Source of the DNA: the human T2T-CHM13v2.0 reference genome, Homo sapiens
Strand: one strand, 5' to 3'
DNA length: 64,000 nucleotides
Assembly: GCF_009914755.1 (NCBI RefSeq)
Contig: NC_060926.1
Below the pieces are notes generated by a model. It did not search any database. It was given only the letters and a program-made list of their open reading frames with translations, and was not told where the DNA came from. Shown here in pieces: positions 13,661 to 27,430 of the stretch. Every line of letters begins with the position of its first letter. The stretch's first letter is position 1. A program made the translations under genes and the position numbers.

Positions 13661-13679
13661 GCCCGGCATTTGGTTTTTT

Positions 13680-14200
13680 AAACATAATCTTTTATTATTA
13701 CTGAAATCATAAATATTTATTGTATAAATTAATGACATTTAGACTGGCAAAAAGAAAATAAGATAAAATGTCACATTGTCACTATCCATAAATTATTGTT
13801 GTTAATATTTTAGATTATATTTCTGTACCATTTATATGCAAACTACACAGATACAAAACAAACATGTGCCATTATTTTTACTGACTTTTAAAAATAAATG
13901 TATTAGTTAACCTTTTAATAAACTATTTTGTAATAGTTGATTTACAAAAAAAGCTGAAATGATATCTTTTTATAATCTTGATTTTTCAATAATTGATCTC
14001 CATTATTTCATTTCAGAAACTTACCAATACATAGATGATATTAACGTTTTCTGAAATCTCTATACAAACAGAATATATGTCATACCTCTGATTGTTGTTC
14101 TCTTAAATCACATTTAATCTAATAAAACCCAGTTTTTCATGAGGTTTGGCTAATTTTCTCACAGAATGTTCCAACTTCTGGATTTCTCTGCTTGCTTGTT
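13680..14200 (-). mobile_element. very old L1ME/MC 3'-end fragments
   Basis: Degenerate similarity to recalled L1ME 3'UTR motifs (TTGTTAATATTTTAG; AGAATGTTCCAACTTCTGGATTT). Confidence 0.4.
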
Positions 14201-14290
14201 TTGCTTTCTTTTGGTAGGTTATGATTGATTCACTTTTTATTGACATTTCATAGTAAGTCATAAATAAAATGTTTTTTCTGGAGTACCTAG

Positions 14291-16150
14291 TTTTTATTTA
14301 TTTTAAATTTTTTGGGGTATATAGTATGTGTATATATTTATGAGATATATGAGATTCTTTTTATAGGCATGAGATGCGTAACAAACACATCATGGAAAAT
14401 TGGGTATCCATCCACTCAATCATTTATCCTTTGTGTTACAAACAATTCAATTATACTCTATTAATTATTTTAAAGTGCACAATGAAATTGTTATTGACTA
14501 TAGTCCCCCCGTTGTGCTATCACATACTATGTCTTATTCATTCTTTCTAACTATTTTTTTTCCCCCTTAACCATCCCCATCTTGCCGCTCCCGTCTACCC
14601 CCGACTACATTTCCCAGACTTTGGTAACCATCCTTCTTTTCTCTTTCTCCATAAGTTCAATTGTTTTTATTTTTAGATCTCACAAATAAGTAAGAATATG
14701 TAATGTTTGTCTTTCTGTGCCTGACTTATTTTACTTAATGTAATAACCTGCAGTTCCATCCATGTCGTTGCAAATGATAGTATCTCCTTTTTATTTCAGA
14801 ATAGTACAACATTGTATGTAAGTACCACTTTTTAAAATCCATTTATCTGTTAATGGTCACGTAGTTTGCTTCCAAATATTGACTATTGTGAACAGTGCTG
14901 CAGCAAACATGGGAGTGCAGATGCTTCTTCTTTACACTTATTTCCTTTCTTTTGGGTATACACTCAGCAGCGGGATTGCTGGATCATACGCTAGTTCTGT
15001 TTTTAGTTTTTGAGGAACCTCCAAACTGTTCTCTATAATGGTTGTACTAATTTACATTCCCAACAACAGCATATGAGGGTTATCTTTTCTCCACATCCTC
15101 ACCAGCCTGTGTTATTGCCTGACTTTTGAATAAAAGTCATTTTAATTGGAAGGAGATAATATCTTATTGTAGTATTGGTTTGCATTTCTCTGATGATCAA
15201 TGATGCTGACCACTTTTTCATACTATTGTTTGCCATATGTATGCCTTCTCTTGAGAAGTGTCTCTTTAAATCTTTTCCCCTTTTTTAATTAGGATTATTA
15301 GATTTTTTTCTTATAGAGTTGTTTGAGCTCCACATAAATTCTGATTATTATTTCCTTGTCAGATGAGTAGTTGGCAAATATTTTCTCCCATTCTGTGGGT
15401 TGTCTCTTCACTTCACTGATTGTTTCCTTTGCTGGGCAGAAACTTTATAGCTTGATGTGATCCCATTTATCCATTTATGCTTTGGTTGCCTGTAGAAGAT
15501 GAGAGATAGGGATCAAGTTTTATTCTTCTGCATATGGATATCCAGTTTTCCCAGTACCATTTATTGAAGAGACTGTCTTTTCCCCAGTGTATGCTCTTGA
15601 CACTTTGGTCAAAAATGAGTTCACTATAGGTATGTGGATTTGTTTCTGGGTTCTCTATTCTGTACTGTTTTTATGCCAGTATCATGTTATTTTGGTTATC
15701 ATACTTCTGTAGTAAAATGTGAAGTCAGGTAAAGTGATTCCTCCAGTTTGCTCTTTTTGCTCAGGATAGCATTGGCTATTCGGGGTCTTTTGTGAGTCCA
15801 TATAAATTTTGGAATTTTTTATTTCCATGAAGAATATCATTGGTACTTTGATAGGGATTGCACTGAATCTGTAGATTGCTTTGGGTAGTATGGACATTTT
15901 AGCAATATTGATTCTTCAAATCCATGAACATGCTGCATTGAACCCTTTATCATTATATAATGACCTTCTTTATCTCTTCTTATACTTTTGTCTTGTAATC
16001 TATTTTGTCTAACAGAAGTATAACAACTCTTGCTCTTGTGTGGTTTCCATTGGCATGGAAAAGCTCTTCCGTTCCATTATTTTCAGTCTACGTGTATCTT
16101 TATAAGTGAAGTGTGTTTCTTTTGGATAACAGATCATTGGTTCTTGCTTG
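14291..16150 (-). mobile_element. L1MA2-like element with internal deletions
   Basis: 3'UTR (GGGTATCCATCC...CATTTATCCTTTGTGTTACAAACAAT) and ORF2 remnant MSILPKAIYRFSAIPIK. Sequence jumps at ~15493 and ~15932. Confidence 0.88.
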
Positions 16151-16504
16151 GTAGAGAGCAATTTACTATTTTATTTAATTTATTTATTTTTTAGAAACTA
16201 ATTTGTGATGAGTGACTGTCACATATAACACAGGTTTTGATACAAAATATGGTGTTGAATTAGATAAACTTTACAATTTAGTATTCTTATTATGTTTCTA
16301 TATTCTAAGGTTACACACACACAAAAAGAAAAAGGTTCCAAACTTTGAGCAATGACATTATATGCCTACAAACTTATTTTTTGAAAGCTAGCACTTCTTT
16401 GGACAAATACATTTTGAATGTTTACTTAACAAAATAAGTGATCAAAATTACTTAATAGTTGCATCTTGAATTCTGACTTTTAATTTTTTAATGAATTTTT
16501 AAAA

Positions 16505-17045
16505 ATTTCTTTGTTTTGAAATGATTTTAGATTTAAAGATGAGTTCTGGAAACGGTAGAGAGTTCTCATATACCTTTCCCTCAGCTTCTTAGTGTTATGA
16601 TCTTACATAAACAGAGTACATTCATCAAAACTTTGATATGGACATTGAAACAATACTGTTAGCAAAACTATTGACTCTATTCAGATCTCCACAATTTTTC
16701 CATGGTGTAATTTTCCCATATCCAACGAGGATCAAACACTGCACTTAGTTGTCATGTCTCTGTAATCTTCTCAAGCCTGTCCAAGTTTGTTAGTTTTTAT
16801 CTCAGACCTTGTTGCTAATTTAGAGTAGTTGTCAGGTGTTTTGTAGAATATCCCTCCATTTGAACTTTTCTGATGTTTTCTCATGATCAAACTGAGATTA
16901 GAAATACTGGGAAATAATTGCATCATATCAAGTGGTACATAAGAACAACATGATTTATCAATGGTGACGTCACACTTGATCACTTGGTTAAGGTGATATT
17001 TACCAGATTCCTCCATTATAAAGTTACTATTTTTCATGTTCACAC
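16505..17045 (-). mobile_element. L1MC4-like 3' UTR
   Basis: TTAGTTGTCATGTCTC, TTTTGTAGAATATCCCTC and CTTGATCACTTGGTTAAGGTG...CCATTATAAAGTTAC motifs. Confidence 0.7.
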
Positions 17046-17451
17046 TCTAGTGGTTTTGGCATCAGAGTAATTCAGGATGCATAAAATGAGCTGGAAAAAG
17101 TTTCATCCTTTTTCTATTTTCTGCAAACTTTTATACAGAATTGGTATTATTACCTGATTAACTGTGTGATAGAATTTACATTCTGGGCCAAGAGCTTTAT
17201 TTTTTGTAAGATTTTAAACTGTAATTCTATTTATAAAATAGACATAGAGCTATTCATTTTATCTATAACTTCTTGTGTGAGTTTCTGTAGTTTCTGGCTC
17301 TCAGGGAATTTGTCAGTTTTATCTAAGTTGTTGAATTCATGGGCATGAACTTATTCATAGTATTTCTTTATTGTCCTTTTAATATTTTGTCTCACTGTTG
17401 AGGCCTCCTTTTCTACTCCTCATATGGATAACTTGAATCTCCCATATTTTC

Positions 17452-17767
17452 TTTCTTTTTTTTCCCTACTCCGTTGCCTAGGCTGGCATGAAATGGCACC
17501 ATCTTGCATCACTGCATCCATAACCTCCTGGGCTTAAGTGATCTTTCCACCTCAGCCTCTAGAGTAGCTGGGACCACCATACCTGACTAATGGTGGCATG
17601 TGCCACCACACCGGGCTACTTCCTTTTTTTTTTTTTTTTTTTTTTTTTTGTATAATCAGGGTTTTGCCATGTTGTCTAGGCTGCTCTTGAAATCCTGGGC
17701 TCAAGCAATTCTCACACCTTGACCTCCCAAAGTTTTGGGATTACAGGTATGAGCCATAGCACCTGGC
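17452..17767 (-). mobile_element. AluJ
   Basis: Dimeric Alu with J diagnostics (CTCCTGGGCTTAAG, GGGCTCAAGCAAT) and an expanded middle T tract. Confidence 0.9.
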
Positions 17768-18063
<296 letters not shown>

Positions 18064-20234
18064 CATATTTTCCTTTTTGATTGATGTTCTTAGATATCTA
18101 TCAAGCCCATTGATATTTTCAAGTAATAAGATTTTAAATTTATTATTATATTTATATTTTAAATATCATGATTTCTACTCTAATGCTTTATTTCCTTCCT
18201 TCTGCTTGTTTGACTTTTAATTTAAAAGTGGAAGCTTAGATTATTAATATTCATCTTTCTTTGTTTCTAATAAAATTATTTAACGCTATATATATCCTAT
18301 AAGCAAAGCTGCAGCTATCAAATTTTAATGTGGTCTATTTTTTCATTCAATTCAAAGTTAAATTTCCTTTGAGGCTTTCTCTTTGATTTGTGGGTTATTC
18401 AGAAATACGTTTAATTTCAAAATTTTGAAGATATTCCAGATAAATTTCTGTTACTGAATCCTAGGTTAATTGCACCATGGTCCATATGTCTTCTATTCTT
18501 ATAAATGTGTTCAGATTATTTATGGTCCAGATTATTGCCTCCCTTGGTAAATTCTCCTTCTGTATTTAAAAAAAAAAATGTGTGTGTGCTTTTTTGTTGT
18601 TGGATGATGTTTTCAATACATATCAATTTAGACTAACTGTTTTATGATATTTTCAGTTTTGCTATGCATTTGCTGATTTTTCTATAAGCAATTACTATGT
18701 GTTATATCAATTACTGATAAGAAATATTGAAGTCTCTAATCATCATTATTAATTTGTCTAGTTATAACTTCGGCTTACCCAGTTTTTCCTTTATATATTT
18801 TCAAGCTCTCTTGTTAGAAATATTAATATTTACAATTTTTATGACTTCTTGAAGATTTTATCTTTTTAATTAAAGAATGTCTCCTCCTATCCTGATAACC
18901 TTCCTTGTTGCGAAGTTATCTTTCTCTGAAAGTAATATGGTTACTTCAGGTGTATTTTGGTTACTGTGTTCATAGTATATCTATTTACATCCTTTTAGCT
19001 TTAACTTGTCTATATATTTCCATTTTAAGTGGTGTATTGTAGACAGCATATAGATGCGTCTTGCTTTTTCTCCAAACTGACTATCTTGATATATTAGCTT
19101 GTGTGTTTAAATCATTCATATTTAATGAGATTATTGATCTGGTTGGCATAAAATTTGCCATATTGTTAATTGTTTACATTTTCTTCATTTTATTTTTGTG
19201 TCTTTTCATGTGTTTCTGAATTCTTTTGAGACAATTTTACATTTTCAAAGATTTCTTTTTGCCTCTTTTATTAACATATTGTTTATTCACTTTTTTGCAT
19301 TTTTCCAGTTGTTTCCCTTGTGCTTATGATATATGTTTTAAATTAATCAAAGTCTCTCTCCCATCTTTGTGCTATTTTTATTACATCTTCTATTTTAATT
19401 ATGCTATAAAAGCTCAATAAATTGCTACTGCTTTATTTTGCATGGTCAGATGTATTTCAAGGCAAGTAAAATTTAGAAAAATTTAATTTAATATTGCCTT
19501 CATTCATCTTATGTTACCTACTTTTTATTTCCTTATCTAGATCCATGTTTTCAATCTCATAGTTTTTCTCTCCAACTAGCTTCCTTTAAAAAATCTTATA
19601 CAAGATTTCTGGCAATTAACTACTTTAACTTTCATTGGTCTGAGAGTATTAATTCTTCAGTTTTAAAACATAGTTTTGCTGGGTATAGAATTCTGGGTTG
19701 AATTTCTCTCCTTTTTCCCCCTGCTTTATTGAGGTATAGTTTATATTGCATATATTTAAGATGTACAACATGTTTTTATATATGTATACAATGTGAAATT
19801 ATTACTACAATCAAGCTAATTAAAAAGTGCACCTCACATAATTACTTTGTTTTTGAGAACACTTAAGATTTACTCTTTTAGTAAATTTCAATTATCTAAT
19901 ATGGTTATTATTAACTATGTTTACCATGCTGTAAATTACATCTTCAGAACTAATTTATCCTGCATAATTAAAACTTAGAACCCTTGACCAGCATCTTCCC
20001 ATTTACCTCACACCCCAGGCCTCTGAAAACCACTATTCTACTTTATGCTCTTATGAATGCAAATTTAAGATTCCACATATCAATGAGATTTTGCAGTATT
20101 TGTTCTTCTGTGTCTGGCTTATTACTTATTTCACTCAGCATAATGTCCTCCAGGTTTATCCGTGTTGTCACAAGTGGAAGTTTTTTATTTTATTTTATTT
20201 TATTTGCTTTCCAAGGCTGAATATCATTTCATTT

Positions 20235-20268
20235 TAGATAGATAGATTGATAGACAGATAGATAGATA
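20235..20268. repeat. (GATA)n microsatellite inside L1
   Basis: TAGATAGATAGATTGATAGACAGATAGATAGATA seen directly. Confidence 0.9.
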
Positions 20269-21695
20269 TAATGATAAAATATTATTTTTATATAATTCGA
20301 TTTTTCTTTATCCATTCATTCATCAGCTTAGGTTGTTTACATATGTTGGCTATTGTGAATAATGCTATAATGAACAAGGGAGTGCAGATATCTCTTTGGC
20401 ATAATGATTCCATTTCCTTTGAATATATACCCAGAAGTAGGATTGCTGGATCATATGGCAGTTCTACTTTTAACTTTCTGTGGAACTTCCTTTTTTCATA
20501 GTGGTTCATAAATTGGTTTTACCAATTTATACTTCCACCAACAGTGTACAAGGGTCACCTTTACTCCACTTCCTTGCCATTAGTTATCTTTCATTTTTTT
20601 TATAAGAGTGATAACAGCCATTCTAACAAGAGTGACAATATGGTTTTAATTTGTGTTTTCTTCTGATGATCAGTGATGTTGAGGACGTTTTCATATAGGT
20701 ATTTGATATTTGAGCATCTTCTTTGAAGAAATGTCTATTCAGGTGTTTTGTATAATTTTAAATTTAATTATTTAAGATATATTTGTTATAAAATTGTTTG
20801 AATTTCTTGTATATTTTGTATATCAACCTTTTACCAGTAGTATGTTTGCATATATTATCTCCTACTGCATATATTTTCTCTTCACTCTGTTGATTGTTTC
20901 CATTGATGTTCAGGAGATTTTTAATTTGATGCAACTCTATTTGTTTATTTTTGCTTTTGTTGCCTGTATTTTTGGATTTTATCCAAAATTTCATTGCTCA
21001 GATAAATGTCAGAAGCTTTTTCTGTATGTTTTCTTCTAGTTGTTTTACAGTTTGAAATTTTATATTTAAGCCTTTAATCTATTTTGAGTTGATATTTTAT
21101 ATGGTGTGAAAAAATAGTACAATTTCACTTTTCCGCAGGTGGATATTCAGTTTTACCAACACCATTTACTGAACACCATTAACCTTCCCCATTTTGTGTT
21201 CCTGGCACCCTTAGCAAAGATCATTAGGCTGTAATGGATTTCTGTGCTCTCCATTCTGTTCCAATTTTTTATGTGTTTTTTTTTTTATAGCAGTACCACG
21301 TAATTTTGATTACTATAGCTTTCTAATATATTTTGAAACCAGGAAATATGATGCTTCTATCTTTTTTTCTTTTGTTTAAGATTGCTTTGCTTTCTCTTTA
21401 GGAGTTACATATGAAGTTTAAAATAGTTTTTTTTTCTATTCTTGTGAAAAATGCCATTGGGATTTTGACAGAGTTGGCATTGAATATGTAGATTGGTTTG
21501 AGCAGTATGGGCATTTAAACAATATTAATTCTTCTGATCTATCAACGTGGGATATCTTTACATTTATTTTGGTCTTCTTAAATTTCTTTCATCAGTGGTT
21601 TATAGTTTTTCGTGTATAGGTATTTTACTTCCTTAGTTAAATTTATTTGTAAGTATTTTTCCATTTTGATGTTATTGTAAGAACGTTTTCTGGAT

Positions 21696-22145
21696 TTAAT
21701 TTTTGGACATCATATTGTTAGTGTGTAGAAGCACAACTGGTCTATGCATGTTAATATTGTATCCTGCAAATTTATTGAATTTGTTTATTAATTCTAATAT
21801 TTTTGTAGTGAAACATTTAAGGTTTTCTATATGTAAGATCTCATCACCTGCAAACAGAGAAAATTTTACTGTTTTTTCCTTTTCATACTTTTCATTTTGT
21901 TTCTTGCCTATTTGCTCCACTAGGACTTCCAGTACAATGTTAAATAGAAATTGTGACAGTGAACATTCTTGCATTATTGCTGATCTTAGAGAAAGAGCTC
22001 TCAGCTTTACACTATTGAGTGTGATGTCAGCTGTGAGCCTGTCATATATGGCCTTTATCATGTTGAAGTACATTCCTTTTACATATAACATTTTAAGAGT
22101 CTTTATCTTGAAAAAAATGCTGGATTTTGTCAAACAATTCTGCAT
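21696..22145 (-). pseudogene. decayed L1 ORF2 reverse-transcriptase segment
   Basis: IKAIYD...QECSLSQFLFNIVLEVL...FSLFAGDEIL...LELINKFNKFAGYNIN matches L1 RT (QGCPLSPLLFNIVLEVL, LSLFADDMI). The catalytic FADD is mutated to FAGD. Confidence 0.9.
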
Positions 22146-23062
22146 TTATAAAGATAATCATATGATTTTTAGCCTTAATTTTACTAAAGTGATATATCAT
22201 ATTTGTTGATTTTCTTTTGTTGACTCATCCTTGAAATTCAAGGAAAAATCCCACTTGATCTGGTGTGTGACTCTTTTGATGTGCTGTTTAATTCAGCTTA
22301 CTATTATTTTGATGAGAACTTTTGCAACTATTTTCTTCAAAAATATTGGCATGTAATTTTCTTTACTTGCAGTGTTTGGCTTTGGTATCAGGATAATGAT
22401 GGCCTTGTAAGAAAATTGAAGTGTTTCTTCCTATTCAATTTTTAGGGCAACTTTGAGAAAGATTGGAATTAATTCTTCTTTAAATGTTTGGTAGAATACA
22501 CCAGTGAAGCCATCTGGTCCTGGCTTTTCTTTATTAGGAGGTTTTTTGATTACTGATTCAATCTTCTTATTTGTCATTTGTCTCTTCAGATTTTCTAGTT
22601 TTTTTTTTACTGATTCAGTTTTGGTAGGTTGTATGCTTCTGGAAATTTATCAATTTTTTCTAAGATTTCCAATTTATTGACATCTAAGCATTCATAGTAG
22701 TCTCTTGCGATCTTTGTAATTCTGTGGTATCACTTGTAATGTCATCTCTTTCAGTTTTGATTTTGTTTACATGTGTCTTCCCTCCTTTTAAAAAATTAGT
22801 GTAACTAAAGTCTTCTCAATTTTATATTCCAAAATACCAACTGTTAGTTTGTTGATCTTTTCTATTGTTTTGCTCACATCTATTCCATTTATTTCTGTTC
22901 TAATATTTATGATTTTCTTCTTTCAGCTAACTTGGGGCTCAATTTGTTCTTTCTCAGCTTCCTTGAGATGTAATGTTAGGTTGCTTATTTAAGGTCTTTA
23001 AAAAAAAGGTGTTTATTATTATGAACTCAACTCTCAAAACTGTTTTTGCTGCATTCCATAAG

Positions 23063-23370
<308 letters not shown>

Positions 23371-25188
23371 TCATAAATTTTGTTTGTTGTTTTTCTATTT
23401 TCATTTCTCTCAGGATTTTTTGTTTTGTTTTGTTTTGCTTTGAGTTCTCCTTTAATTCATTGGTTATTCAAAAATGTGCTGTTTAATTTCTACAAATTTG
23501 TGAATTTTCCAATATTGTTTTTGTTTTTGATTTCTAGCTTACAAATTGTCATAAAAGATAATTGATATTATTTAAATATTCTTAAATATGTTGATAATTG
23601 TTTCGTGTCTCAACATATGATCTACCTTGGAGAATGTTCTGTGTGCATTTGAAAAAAAATGTGCATTCTGCGGCTGTTGGATAAAATATTCAGTATATGT
23701 CTGACAAGCCCATTTGGCCTGTGGAATTGTTAATTATTGTTTCCTTATTGCTTTTGTGTCAGATGATCTATATATTGTCTAAGTGGGTTATTGAAGTCCC
23801 CTACTGTATTGCATTATTGTCTATTTTTTCCTTCAGTTCTATTAATATTATCTTTACATATTTAAGTGATTTGATGTGAGGTGCATATATATTTACAATG
23901 GCTATATCTGCTTGGTGAACTGATGCCTTTATCATTATTTAATGACTTTCTTCATTTCTTTTTGGTTTTTGACCTGACATCTATTTTTGTCTAGGTATAG
24001 CCCCCCATATCTTCCCTCTCTTTTGGTTACAATTTGTCTGGAATACCTTTTCCCATTTTTTTTTCTTTCCTTTTCCTTTTAGCCTTTGTGTGTCCTTAAA
24101 ACTAATGTAAGTCTTTTATAGGCAGCATATTGTTGAATGTTTTCTTTTGTTTAATCTATTTAGCCGCTGTATGTTTTTTGGTCAAAAAATTCAAACTATT
24201 TCCATTTACAGTAATTATTGAATGTAAGGACTTACTCTGGTTCTTTAATTCTTTTTGAATGTTTTATAGTTTTCTGTTACTTTTTCTCCTTTCTGTCTTC
24301 CTTTGTGGCTTGATAATTTTTTTGTAATAATATGCTTTGATTCATTTTACTTTATCTTTGTGTATCTACGTCAGGATTTTCTTTGTGTAAGCCCCGTAGT
24401 AATATGGGGCTTACACATAGAACATCTTATAGTTTCACACACAAAACTCAGCACTTTAACTTGTCTTACCCTTACATTTCATGTTGTTGATGTCACATTT
24501 TACAAATTTTTATACTGTATATCCTTTAACAAATTATTGTAGCTGTACTTACTGTTAATGTTTTGTTTTTAAACTCTTACATCAAGTTCAAAAGTATTTT
24601 ACACATCACCATTATAATATTATTTTGCATTTGACAACATTCTTACCTTTATGGTGAGTTTATTTCATTGACATGTTTTCATATTGTACTTAACATTTGT
24701 TTATTTAAACTTGAAGAACTCCCTTTAGCATTTCTTATGAAAGGTCTGGTGGTGAACTTTTTTAGCTTTTATTTGTCTGGGAAAATCTTTCTCTCTCCTT
24801 AAATTCTGAAGAACAGCCTTGTTAAGCAAAATATTCTTAGCTGGAAAATTTTTTCCCCCTATTCTTTTAGTTCTTTGACTATGCTTTCCTGGCATACAAG
24901 GTTTTGGCGGAGAAAAATGCATATAGCCTTATGGAGATGCTCTTGTATGTTACACGTTTTTCTCCTGCTGTTTTAAAAATTCTCTTTGTCTTTGACATTT
25001 TATAATTTGGTTATAATATATCTCAGTGTAATCTTTATAATCTTGATCCCATGAGAGATATTTTGTACTTCATGAACTTATATGTCCACATCCTTTCCAA
25101 GATTTGGGATGTCTTCAGACATTTTTTTGAAAAATGCTTTCCATTCTCTTAACCGACTTTCTCCTTCTGGGAATTTACAATGTACATA

Positions 25189-25423
25189 GAGGTTTGATGT
25201 CTCTTATCTGAAATGATTGGGACCAGAATGTTTGAAATTACTTTTTCTTTTCATATTTTGAAATATTTTCATTATATTAACTGATCGAGCATGCCAAATC
25301 TGAAAATTCAAGATCTGAAATGCTTTAAAGAGCATTTTCTTTCAGTGTCATGATGGTGTTCGAAAAGTTTCAGAATTTGGAGCATTTCAAATTTCGATTT
25401 TCAGATTTGGGATGTTCAACCTG
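25189..25423. mobile_element. Tigger4a/MER46A (TcMar) MITE inserted in L1MA
   Basis: GAGGTTTGA...TTATCTGAAATGATTGGGACCAGAA...GGGATGTTCAACCTG with TA on both flanks (25187-88, 25424-25). Confidence 0.88.
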
Positions 25424-26770
25424 TAGTGGTATACTTGGTGATGTCCTGTAAATCTCTTGGGCTTTCTCTACTCCTTTTAATTTATTTTTCCTTCTTACTA
25501 TTATGATTAGATAATTTCCATCTTTAAGATCATAGGTTCTTTTTTCAGTTTGTTTGAGTGTGTTTTATACTCTATTGCACTTTTTATTTATTTCAGCACC
25601 ACAATTTCTGCTGGTTCTGTTTTATGATTCCTGTCTCTTTTTAAAACTTTTTGTATTGTTTGTGAATTGTAATACTAATATTGTTGAAGTCACTATTTTT
25701 GTCTAGTGTAGTTCACTGAGCTCTCTTAAAACAATTGTTTTGAATTCTTTGTTGGGCAATTTGTAAATCTCCATTTCTTTGAGATTGGTTACAAAATTTA
25801 TAGTTTTTTTTTCAGTGGTGTTGTGTTTCCTTAATTTTTCATGTTCTTTGAAGTCTTCTATTGCTGTCTTCACATTTAAAGGATCAGACACCTTTTTTCA
25901 GTCTTACTGATTAGCTTCAGGAAAAAAAGACCTTCACCATTCATCCAGGCTAGGTATTATTAGGACTCCTAGACCTGTTCTATGGATGCATCTGCTTCAC
26001 TTCTCTTATTTCCCTTTTTGGGGGAAGAAACAGTCTTAGGGCTGTATGTATTCTCTCAATTCTGCAAAGCCAGGCAGTGTGTGAGAACACTATATGTTTC
26101 CTAGGGCCACTGTGCCCTGAAATGTTGAAGGATAAACACCATCTCTCAATCTTGCAGAGATAAATCAGCTATCTGCATGTGCTTGTGCACAATCTTCAGG
26201 CGGTCACATACACTATATGCAGGGTGGCACACTGGGCACCAGCTACAGGGGCCAGGGAAAGGTACATGGAGTGCTAGTGCTAACAGCATGAATGGGCTAG
26301 TTGGTGGGTAGAGGGTATAAAGCTGTTATATTCTGCAAGATCTATGGGCACACTTCTTGGTGTAGTTCGTGAGGAGGTTTATAGAAACTATGGCCCTTTA
26401 CTGAGTTCTGCACCCCAGTGCTGTGATTCCCCAACCCTCTTCCCTGCTCCTAGCCATACCACATTTCTGGGGAAGTTGGGTGTTCACTGTGTTCTCACTT
26501 CTCCCATGGAGGAAGTCAAGAGCCAAAGGGGTCTCACTGAGCTGTGCCATACTGGTAAAGAGGGGATGTGGGTAAAGTAAAACTTTTCTTCTTATCCTTT
26601 TCAATACATCTATTCCTGCATTTGTTTTTACTCCAACAGGTGGTGGGGCTTCTTCATTAGATTCCCAGTCTTCTACAAAGGTGTTCTCCTCTGAGAGTGG
26701 TTGTCAAAATTATTTCCTCTGTGGGAGGATAAGAACAGAAAACTTGTATTCCTTTGACTTGATAATGTTC

Positions 26771-27430
26771 AGCACTTTAATTATGTCAATATATTGTCTT
26801 CTGGCTTGTGTGTTTCTAAAGATAAAACTGTTGTAATTATTATTTTTTTCTTCTATGTGTAATAACCCTCTCCCATAATAGCTGACTTTAATATTTTTGT
26901 TTGTTTGGTGTATTCAGTAATTTCGATATGACAAGTTGAGGAGTGGTTATGTTTTGGGAATCATCATCATAGGTATTCCCCGAGCTTCTTTGATGTGTGG
27001 TTTTGTTTCTGTAATTAAATTTTGAATATCCCAGCCCATTTAAAATATTTCTTACCTCTTTCTCCTTCTTTTTTATCTTTCTGGAATCAATTGCTTACAT
27101 ATTAAAGTATATGATAACATCCCACTGATCTTGGATATTGTGTTTCAATTTTATTTTCACCTTTTTCTCATTCTTCTCTTTTTATTTTTGTTTGAGTAAT
27201 TTCTATTGAACTATGTTCAAGTTCACTTATTCTTTACTTAGATATTTTAATTCTATTTATTAGCTGATTGGGTAAATTTTATATCTCTTTTTCTGTATTT
27301 TTATTTAGAGCATTTCCATGTAATTATCTACCAGAGTCTTCATGTTTCTATTGAGATTACCCTTCAAATTTTGCCTTTTATTTAACTTTTAGAGTGTTTA
27401 ATATAGTAATCATAGTTATTTTAAATTACC
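26771..27430 (-). mobile_element. continuation of old L1M ORF1 interrupted at 19710
   Basis: AGCACTTTAATTATGTC...TTGTCTTCTGGCTTG is what normally follows GGGTATAGAATTCTGGGTTG in L1M consensus order. Confidence 0.7.

Noticed and set aside
21703-22209. 168-aa plus-strand ORF
   Set aside because: Antisense shadow of decayed L1 ORF2.
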